NCBI RefSeq assembly: GCF_006345805.1
Contig: NC_043002.1
Span: 5,394,001 to 5,458,000 of the forward strand
Direction of reading: 5' to 3'
Length of the DNA: 64,000 nucleotides
From: Octopus sinensis
Lineage: Eukaryota
Of this stretch, positions 53,490-64,000 are shown in pieces. A model generated the notes under the pieces. It made no database searches, had not been told where the DNA came from, and saw nothing but the letters and a program-made list of their open reading frames with translations. The position numbers and the translations under genes are program-made. Position 1 is the first letter of the stretch, and every line of letters begins with the position of its first letter.

Positions 53490-54988
53490 AATATTTACAA
53501 CAGATATCACATTACATATACAACAGATATCACATTTACAACATATATTTACAACAGATATCACATTATATATACAACAGATATCACATTTACAACATAT
53601 ATTTACAACAGATATCACATTACATATACAACAGATATCACATTTACAACATATATTTACAACAGATATCATATTACATATACAACAGATACCACATTTG
53701 CAACAGATATCACATTTACAAAAGATATTTACAACAGATATCACATATATACAACAGATATCACATTTACAACAGATATCACATTTGCAACAGATATTTA
53801 CAACAGATATCACATTAACAAATGATATCACATTTATAACAGATATTTACAACAGATATCACATTACATATACAACAGATCACATTTACAACAGATATCA
53901 CATTACATATACAACAGATATCACATTTACAAAAGATATTTACAATAGATATCACAAATATAAAATAGATATCACATTTACAACAGATATCACATTACAT
54001 ATACAACAGATATCACATTATATATAAAACAAATATCACATTTACAACAGATATCTACAACAGATATCACATTACATATACGACAGATATCACATTTGCA
54101 ACAGATATTTACAACAGATATCACATTACATATACAACAGATATTACATTTACAACAGATATTTACGACAGATATCACATTACATATACAACAGATATCA
54201 CATTTACAAACAATATTTACAACAGATATCACATTATATATATAACAGATATCACATTTGCAACAGATATTTACAACAGGTATCACATTACATATACAAC
54301 AGATATCACATTTACAAAAGATATTTACGACAGATATCACATTATATATACAACAGATATCACATTTGCAACAGATATTTACGACAGATATCACATTACA
54401 TATACAACATATATCACATTTACAACAGATATTTACGACAGATATCACATTACATATGCAACAGATATCACATTTACAACAGATATTTACAACAGATATC
54501 ACATTACATATACAACAGATATCACATTTACAAAAGATATTTACGACAGATATCACATTATATATACAACAGATATCACATTTGCAACAGATATTTACGA
54601 CAGATATCACATTATATATACAACAGATATCACATTTACAACAGATATTTACGACAGATATCACATTACACATACAACAGATATTTACAACAGATATCAC
54701 ATATATACAACAGATATCACATTTACAACAGATATTTACAACAGATATCACATTTACAACAGATATTTACAACAGATATCACATATATACAACAGATATC
54801 ACATATATACAACATATATCACATATATACAACAGATATCACATTTACAACAGATATCACATTTACAACAGATATCACATTACATATACAACAGATATCA
54901 CATTTACAACAGATATTTACAACAGATATCACATTACATATACAACAGATCACATTTACAACAGATATTTACAACAGATATCACATTG
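53490..54988. repeat. 1.5-kb minisatellite with 54-bp higher-order unit
   Basis: ACAACAGATATCACATTACATAT (23) + ACAACAGATATCACATTT (18) + ACAACAGATATTT (13), reiterated with variants. Confidence 0.95.
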
Positions 54989-57900
54989 CATATATATAGA
55001 CATACATATTGGTTCCTTGATTATCTGGTGTGGGAATGGATGTAGCTTTTTTGTTGTTTCAACTGTTGCTTCGTTTTATATCCAAATCTTTTTATTGTCT
55101 TATGTTTACTTCGTCATGAACAATACATCAAGAGTTTAGTGGCATTGGAACTATCAGGTTAGATACCATCTAGTCAGTAAGTTATGGTAGATTTGTGACA
55201 ATACATACATACATGTATGCATTTGTGCATACACACACACATAAATACAAACATATAGGCATAGGAGTGGCTCTGCGGTAAGTAGCTTGCTTACCAACTA
55301 CATGGTTCCGGGTTCAGTCCCACTGCGTGGTACCTTGGGCAAGTGTCTTCTACTATAGCCTCAGGCTGACCAAAGCCTTGTGAGTGGATTTAGTAGGTGG
55401 AAACTGAAAGAAGCCCGTCGTATATATGTATATATATGTGTGTGTGTGTGTGTATATGTTTGTGTGTCTGTGTTTGTCCCTCAACACCGATGCTGGTGTG
55501 TTTACGTCCCTGTAACATAGCAATTTGGCAAAAGAGTCCAATAGAGTAAGTACTAGGTTTACAAAGAATAAGTCCTGGGGTCGATTTGCTCGACTAAAGG
55601 CAATACTCCAGCATGGCCACAGCCAAATGATTGAAACAAATAAAAGAGCTTATATATTTCATAAGCATGCTTGCATCAGTGCCACATAACGGCACCCATG
55701 CCAGTGCCACGTAATAATGCCTGTGCCAGTTCTATGTAAAAAGCATCTAGTACACTCTGTGAAGTGATTGGTGTTAGGCTGGGCATCCAACCACAGAAAC
55801 TTTGCCAAAACAGACCATTAGAATCTGGGCAGCTCCTGTCAAACTGTCCAACCCATGCTAGCATTTAATCCAACCATATACAGTTCAAATATGTTACCTG
55901 TTTTATGTTAAAACTGGCCAAATCCAATTTCTCAAACATACCCCACAATATCATTCTAAAACTATACAAACACTCTATTGAAATCTTGAAGCTACAAAAG
56001 AAGTGCATGATTAATTGAAAACAATGTGAATAAATAAGCAATAAATTTGATAAAGAAATCTGAATGCTAATGGGCAAAATGATGATGATTCGAATGGTTC
56101 TGACAAAAAATATTGATTTCTGTCAGAGCTAGAGACATGGCTATGTGGTTCAGAAGTTTACAGTAAAACTACATAGTTTTAAGTTCATAGTCACTACATT
56201 AGATCATAAGTGAGTGTCTTCTTATGTAGCCTCATGTTGATCAATGCCTTGTGAATAGAATCAGTGGGCAGAAATTGTATTGAAGTGTGCTCTCTTGTCA
56301 TATCTGTTTTGTATGAAATAATCTTGATTTTTCAAAGTCATTCTATTTCTTTCACTTATTCAATAGTCACAATTCTAATATTCTTTTAATTCATTTAATA
56401 TCTTATTGAGCACTTCATAGTCGTTTTGCCTCATTTTTGCGGGATTTTAGATGTTTTGTACAACATACATTTATAATGTTCATTTTGGGGCTGTTAATTT
56501 AACCCTTTCATTACTGTATTTCTATTGAGATGCTCTGTGTTTCTCTCAATTATTTTAAATATAAAAAAGAATTTTGTAAAATAACTTAGTTATCATTAAG
56601 CTAGTGTTAGGAACATAAATTGTGAAGATTTTTGGTGGAAGATTTTAATTAAAAACTTATGAAAACAAAACATTTGTACTACAGAACCAGGGCCGGTTTC
56701 AGCCAGGTTGGTAACAAAAGGGTTAAAGAAGTTTTAAGGAATAACAATTTATTAAATGGAGAGGACTCAATGTTAAAAGAAGAGCCAGAAAATGGTTGAA
56801 TAAACTGTTAGACAAAACTTGCAGAGGGTTGGATTTCTCCAGGCCAAAAATACCCAAGGCATACCATATGTCATAACAAGGCCTTGCAATTCCATCAAGG
56901 AATTAAGGGTCCATAGTATAACCTAACATGGAATGTGTGTGTATGTATAAAACGGTGATTTTAATAGAGATTGATAAAATAAATGCACCACTTTTAAATA
57001 AGTACTGAGGTCAATGCAATTAATTAAATGACACTGAAAGTACTCCTGAAGGATGGCAATCCAATGCTCGAAACTGATAAAAGACTAGATAGAAGTCCAC
57101 TATTTTACAATTTTAGGGCTAAGAGTTCATCATCATCATCATCGTTTAACGTCCGCTTTCCATGCTAACATGGGTTGGACGGTTCGACCGGGGTCTTGGA
57201 AGCCAGGAGGCTGCACCAGGCTCCAGTTTGATCTGGCAGTGTTTCTACAGCTGGATACCCGTCCTAACGCCAACCACTCCGTGAGTGTAGTGGGTGCTTT
57301 TTACGTGCCACCGGCCACGATCAGTTGGTGCTTTTTACATGCCACAAGCACAGAGGCCAGTCCGGGCAGCGCTGGCAACGGCCACATTCGGACGGTTCTT
57401 TTACGTGCCACCAGCACGGAGGCCACTCCGAGCGGCGCTGGCAACAACCACGTTTGGATGGTTCTTTTTTACGTGCCACCGGCACTGGTATCACAACTAC
57501 GATTTCCATTGATTTTTGAGCGATTTCAATTTTGATTTATAATTAATTAGAACAAACTTAGTGTACTTGGCTAGTACTTTAGACTCAGAAGGTTGGAGAA
57601 AGTACCTAGCAGTATTTAGTCCATCCATTTTAAGGTTCTGAGTTGTAATGCTGCCATACTTAATTTAGCCTTTTATCTTTCCTTGGAGCATTAAACTAAA
57701 ATGCCTGTGAAGTATAGCAGTTGACATAACTGTCTTTTTCCTCCAAATTTGAGAACTTATGCCTATGAAAAAATTATAATTTTTGTGTGTATGTGTGTGT
57801 GACTGGGGACTGTTACTGCTGCCACCTATAGTTGTTTTCAGTTTAAGAAGAGAGAGAGAGACACACAGAGAGAGCATTTACTAAGAAATATGAGATAGTG

Positions 57901-58324
57901 AAAATTTCCTTAAAGGGTTTATAATTTATTATTATTATTATTATTATCATTATTATTATTATTATCATCATTATTATGAGAAGTCTTGTGGGTGAGAGAA
58001 TATATGAAATAATATTCTCATTTAATCCTTTTTTTTCTTTTTAAGTGTCTTAGTAGTTGTAGACAATGCTATTTCGCCCTTCTTATGGGCTCCTCAGCAC
58101 AACATAACTTTGGATCATAAAATTACTTTGTCTATGTTCATTTGAAACCTATATATGATCGATTTTCTTTCTTTCTGTTTATTTTTTCTTACTCTCTTAA
58201 CAGTGGAGGAAAAAAGTGAAGAGATAGAAGCAAGGAAATGAAAGCCTCTTATAATTATCATGATTGTAACACCCTCATTGGTATTTAGCAGTAAGAATTT
58301 TGATATCATAAAAATTTATATTAC

Positions 58325-58478
58325 CAGCCAACCTTTGACACACAAATGGAAAGCTCCTTTGGCAATCGAAATCTGACCAATACCCAGCAACAGGCAACAG
58401 AGAACTCGCTACACAATTTTCATGAGATTCCACATTGTCTGGTTCTCCTGGATACCATCGGGCAAAAGTTGGATCAAG
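58325..58478 (-). CDS. Multi-CTLD gene exon; CTLD-a C-terminal half
   Basis: cacag acceptor, G|gtaata donor. LDPTFARWYPGEPDNVESHENCVASSLLPVAGYWSDFDCQRSFPFVCQRLA (EPD and WSD motifs). Phase 0 to 1, in phase with the previous exon. Confidence 0.93.
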
Positions 58479-59639
58479 CTGTGGGTTACAAAACATTGTA
58501 TAAATTTAAACAAATATTATTGATAGACAAAACTGAATAAATTAAACAAAATTCAATATATGAAAATAACTGCAATTCTAGAACATGACTGGGTGAACCA
58601 AAAAATAAAGGAAACTATTTCACTGTCTTTAGAAGGTGAAGGTTTTATTCTTTAGCATCAAGATGTTCCAGCTATGACTATGCCATCTTTCCATATATTG
58701 TTAAAGAATAATTGGATGCAATTGATTTTGGGGAGTTTTTGAGGCTATTCCTGTCAGTTCAAGTGACTGTTTAGACCAATGATGTTGAACCTCTCTAGCC
58801 CTTTTTTTTAAAAAATCCTATCAAATTGTCATTGAATAATAGGGTTGATCTAAGGCTGGGGTTCCCAAACTAGGAGGAATTTTTGCCCAAGGAGTGTGAA
58901 ATGGCATTTCAGTGGGAAAATATAGACTTTATTAAAATCACTCATCACAATAAAATTACCAAACTCTTGAAAAAAAAACTTATTTTAGGAAGCATACCAC
59001 AAACTTTATTACTCTATGTACATATCATCATCATCATCATCATCATCGTTTAACGTCTGCTTTCCATGCTAGCATGGGTTGGACGAATGACTGAGGGCTG
59101 GCAAACCAGGTGGCTGCATCAGGCTTCAATCTTGATCTGGCAGAGTTTCTACAGCTGGATGCCCTTCCTAATGCCAACCACTCTGAGAGTGTAGTGGGTG
59201 CTTTTATGTGCCACTCAGGCGGTACTGGCAATGACCTCACTCGAATCTTTTACACATGCCACCGGCACGGGTACCAGTAAGGCGATGCTAGTAACGATCA
59301 TGCTTGAATGGTGTCTTTTACGTGCCACCGGCACAGAGGCCAGATAACCGCTCTGGCAACAATCACGCTTGGATGGTACATATATTTAACTATTAAGGCA
59401 TTATGCCCAAGAACTGAATCTGCTTGATTTTTGCAATGATATGATTGTGTGGATCTCGTTTCAGTTCTCTTTCCAAACATTTTCTAAGGATATGGGACAC
59501 AGATGTGTTTTGAACTTCTGATTTAAGGTCATAATGGGCTCAATGAATAAACCAGATTTTGATGATAATGATGATGATAATATGTCAATTTTATGAATAT
59601 ATATATTTCTTGGTTTTATTCAAATGCTTATATACGACC

Positions 59640-60078
59640 TTTTCATAACATGATACTGCAGGGATATTTTTTTCTTCCAGGTTAACTTGTTAGGGCTAGG
59701 GCAATGCCATTTCAATTTTGTCTGTTGGGACCAAAAACACAGCAGGGTTTCAGTTTCACAAGATCTCGTTGATTGTATCAAGAATGATGAAAACTTTTTG
59801 AAAACTTTGCAAAGACTTCTTAGCCAGCATCGCCAGGCTTTTGATAAAATTTGATGCAGATTCTCTGCTCAGCTTTCTGTCATGGTCAATGCGACGATCA
59901 CACGCTACACACCTTCTTTCCAAGCACTGCTATAAACAGTGAAAGTGAGTTAGAATGTTAAATCTTAGTGCACAGACATAGCAGAGTTTAAGGTCAATTT
60001 GTGCCAAGTGGCTTTACACTGTGTCCTTTAGCTTCGTTACTATACAACAGTCCGGATACTTATTGATCAGACCACGTA
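59640..60078 (-). mobile_element. Mariner 5' fragment
   Basis: Minus strand begins TACGTGGTCTGATCAATAAGTATCCGGAC, followed by a degenerate MTE..EQRICIKFYQKPGD transposase N-terminus. Confidence 0.7.
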
Positions 60079-60554
60079 TATGTATATGTGTGTTTGTGTG
60101 CGTGTTTGCACCCCCATAGCTTTAGTGGTTCAACAAAAGAGAACGATAGAATAAATACTAGGCTTTAAAAATAAGTAATGCAGTTGATTCATTCAACTAA
60201 AAATTCAAGGCAGTGACCCAGCATAGCTGCAGTCTAATGACTAAAACAAGATTATATATATATATAAATAGGACAAGAACACAAAACATCCAGATAGACA
60301 ATACAAAGAAAACAAGGACGAGTCATTCGAAGTTTTCTTTCCTCAGTCAAGTACCAGATTATCTTCGCAATTTCGGCTGATTATACTTGAGATTGCTCCA
60401 ATCTGGCCAGCCCCAAGGAAAAACTAAGCTAAGAGCATTAGATTCCTTGGAAAAATGCAGCGAATGTATACAAAAACAAGGACGGAAAAAAACGGACAAT
60501 GTTACACATACAATAAAAATAAAATAACAGGACTTATCTCTCTCTCACTCTCCT

Positions 60555-60635
<81 letters not shown>

Positions 60636-60708
60636 ATAAATATTAGGGAATAAATCCAAACTTACAGGGAAAAATCAGATTTAGGATTGAATTCAATTTT
60701 ATAGTAAA

Positions 60709-61132
60709 ATATATTATATTAAATTAGAGACAAAACCACTATTAGGCAAATCAAACAATGAAAGACTTAAGCCAATACATATGATTAATATATATTATTT
60801 AAATATGTAACAAAATTATCAAAAAATATAATTAATATCCCACTACGATCGTTTCCTGCCGGCAGTCTTCAAATTTTTGAGTCGCAGTCATTCATCAGGT
60901 GGTTCAAATATTTTTCTTGGCGAGGTTTAAACAATGAAAAATATTTAAACCACCTGATGAATGACTGCGACTCAAAAATTTGAAGACTGCAGGCAGGAAA
61001 CGATCGTAGTGGGATATTAATTATATTTTCTGATAATTTTGTTACATATTTAAATAATATAAATTAATCATATGTATTGGCTTAAGTCTTTCATTGTTTG
61101 ATTTGCCTAATAGTGGTTTTGTCTCTAATTTA

Positions 61133-61143
<11 letters not shown>
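60709..61143. mobile_element. Near-perfect palindrome, Penelope-like inverted termini, in (TA)n
   Basis: About 208-bp arms with only a few mismatches and a 19-nt loop (60917-60935). Hammerhead motif in each arm; (TA)n on both sides. Confidence 0.75.
60950..61012 (+). ncRNA. Type I hammerhead ribozyme motif; mirror copy on minus strand at 60840-60902
   Basis: Stem I CCAC/GTGG, CTGATGA, irregular long stem II (CTGC/GCAG), GAAAC-GATC-GTA with palindromic stem III. Confidence 0.6.
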
Positions 61144-61171
<28 letters not shown>

Positions 61172-61440
61172 CCAACTTACTTAGAAATGGATGCGTTCGT
61201 TCCGTCATATAATAACAAATTAATAAATAAAACATATGCATATATACATACATACATGTACGTACCTACCTCTACATGTATATATACATGCATATATGGA
61301 TAGAGGACACCAAAAAAAAGTCGAACATAATGAGAAGCGAAAACATAAACACAAAACCAAGGAAATGGACATTTTTCTTAAACAACGAAAAATAGAGTAC
61401 AGGACATATAACACAAGGAAAATTCCCCTTCTTCAGTCGC

Positions 61441-61491
<51 letters not shown>

Positions 61492-61674
61492 TACACATAT
61501 ACCTCACATGATACTGTTCTCAGTTCTGTGTGGACACTACTCTTTAGTATGATGCTAAAATGGGTGAAATCATTAAAAACTAATCAAGGCATGTCGTTTC
61601 TAGAAATAAATGTTAAAAAATGATAAGTCTATTAACTTTTAGATGTGTTTGTGTGTGTGTATGTGTTTGCGCGT

Positions 61675-61730
<56 letters not shown>

Positions 61731-63049
61731 TCAAGAAATGGTTGTGAGATATAACCTTAAAAAATCCCAGTTATTTGACATACATTTTCGGTAATCGGTT
61801 ATTTAAGAAAATATAGGTTACCAAAGTTATATGATATAATTCCTTACCATCAATGTTATTTGATAAGCAAAGAATTAATCCCAATGGGAATCGAAAAGGT
61901 CAAAATATGGTTTAAAAAAATAGAGTGGAAAAGGAATTCCTTAAATTGATTCTAACGAACTTGGAATAGAAATACATTTGAAGGATTACCTAAATGCTAA
62001 TTGAGAGATTACAAACTGATAGCCGAAAAAAAAAACAACAACAAAAAAAAAGTTTTAAGCCGATGATGGAACCCCCACGTAGTGGGTAGACTTCTTAGAA
62101 TTATTAGCCAATTCTCCCTAAAATCAAATCCATTTTACATTAAAACTATGGAGGATATATTTGATAATGTAATCCTAGATACCACAGAATGCAAATTACC
62201 AGAGTCGCCAGAGCGTTGGATGGTGCCGTGGGACATTTGTTCGACGCGCAGTATTCTATCTTGCTAAGGTCAACTTTGCATTTCCTCTTCTGGTGGTTGA
62301 TAAATAAAATACCTGCTCAGGATGTGGACTGGCCGAATTGGTAAAGTTTTATACAGGATACCTATTTCTTTACTACCCACGAGGGGCTAAACACAGAGAG
62401 GACAAACAAGGACAGACAAACGGATTAAGTCGATTATATCGACCCCAGTGCGTAACTGGTACTTATTTAATCGACCCCGAAACGATGAAAGGCAAAGTCG
62501 ACCTCGGCGGAATTTGAACTCAGAACGTAACGGCAGACGAAATACCTATTTCTTTATTACCCACAAGGGGCTAAACATAGAGGGGACAAACAAGGACAGA
62601 CATATGTATTAAGTCGATTACATCAACCCCAGTGCGTAACTGGTACTTAATTTATCGACCCCGAAAGGATGACAGGCAAATTCGACCTCGGCGGAATTTG
62701 AACTCGGAACGTAACGGCAGACGAAATACGGCTACGCATTTCGCCCGGCGTGCTATCGTTTCTGCCAGCTCACCCCCGCCTTCTGCTCTATCCAAGATAT
62801 TGAATGATTGATCACGACAACATAGAGCTTCATAGCAGTCTCAATTGTTTTCTCTTCTTTCTTTTTCTTTTTCCTTTTTTACTAGATACAATTACTGTAT
62901 ATTTTTAGAATAGACAAAAATGCTATGACATGCTTTCTCGGGTGCATTACTTCAACTGAGAACAGAGTTTGAATCCCTATCCGCGTTTGATCGACCCTTG
63001 CCAACTGATCTATTTATTGAAAAATAAGCTTTTTTTATTATATACATAC

Positions 63050-63141
63050 CTTAGTTCCATCGCTCTCCCAGATCATGTTACCTTCTTTGGCTCGATCATT
63101 TAATCCAATCCATACATATTTTTTACGAAACCTCGTTGGAA
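63050..63141 (-). CDS. Multi-CTLD (mannose-receptor-like) gene, first exon found in window; CTLD-a middle. Gene continues upstream beyond the window
   Basis: tttttag acceptor, AAG|gtatgt donor. Encodes PTRFRKKYVWIGLNDRAKEGNMIWESDGTK (CTLD WIGL motif). Phase 1 to 0. Confidence 0.9.
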
Positions 63142-64000
63142 CTAAAAATAAAAGAAAATATATCTTTACTTTTCCATTAGGAAATCTCTTTCTCTTCTCT
63201 TTTTATTTGTTTCAGTCATTTTGACTGCGGCCATGCTGGTGCACTGCCTTTAATCGAGCAACTCGACACTGGGACTTATTCTTTTGTAAGCCCAGTACTT
63301 ATTCTATCAGTTTCTTTTGCTGAACCGCTAAGTGACGGGGACATAAACACACCAGCATCGGTTGTCAAGCAATGCTAGGGGGACAAACACAGACACACAA
63401 ACATACACGCACATACATATATATACATATATACGAAGGGCTTCTTTCAGTTTCCGTCTACCAAATCCACTCACAAGGCTTTGGTCGGCCCGAGGCTATA
63501 GTAGAAGACACTTGCCCAAGGTGCCACGCAGTGGGACTGAACCCGGAACCGTGTGATTGGTAGACAAGCTACTTACCACACAGCCACTCCTGCGTAACAA
63601 GTATATGTTGAAAATAGCTTCAGTCCAGTAGAAACCGGAAGTAGGATCTACATCAGCGCCGTAGAAACATTTCTCAGTATTATTTCTAACAACATGAAAA
63701 TAATTTATTATATACATTTGGCTGGTTTCTTTTTTTCATTTTTTTCTTGAATTATTTTTAGATTAGATTTGAAAATATGAGCCCCTGGTTAGTCCTAAAA
63801 GGGCAGGCAACTGTTCAAATTGTTCAGGTTCTGGCATTCCATTTCCTTTTTTTTTTTTAAATCAATTATTACATTGTTGAACGTATTCCTCTTTAAGGAC
63901 AATAGAAGAGAGTGATTTGAAGGATATTTGGTTGCTATTTCTTGCAGGATGAGTGGACGTGTAGAGGCTCCTAGATAAAAAACTAATTTCATGGGAGATC

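Noticed and set aside
53403-55139. Long ORFs (up to 293 aa) of QQISHL/VISVVNICCK repeats
   Set aside because: They are translations of the minisatellite, open in several frames on both strands, with no splice or domain support.
61848-61920. Possible alternative first or signal-peptide exon ending ATG|gtaagg
   Set aside because: There is an in-frame stop upstream in the hydrophobic frame, and the flanking exons 63050 and 58478 already join in phase.

Overview
Eukaryotic, AT-rich, repeat-dense genomic DNA. The SINE families suggest a coleoid cephalopod, probably Octopus (inference). The whole window lies within one minus-strand, multi-exon gene encoding a tandem C-type lectin domain (CTLD) protein of macrophage-mannose-receptor-like architecture. 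I traced 17 GT-AG exons from 63141 down to 6656 that join in phase without stops. They encode six CTLDs (the first is 5'-incomplete) plus Pro/Thr/Ser-rich linkers. Three weaker candidate 3' exons (4650-3115) would end the protein without a transmembrane helix. The introns hold four SINE families, decayed LINEs (R4/Dong-like RLE, CR1, RTE), mariner, piggyBac-type, Mutator-like and Helentron-like non-autonomous elements, microsatellites and a 1.5-kb minisatellite. The most striking unexplained signal is a set of inverted-repeat, Penelope-like elements carrying minimal type I hammerhead ribozyme motifs. One of these has a compensatory G3-C8 core (GUGANCA) in both arms of a long palindrome. Almost all ORFs in the supplied track are spurious repeat translations. 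Repeat boundaries were read by eye and are approximate.
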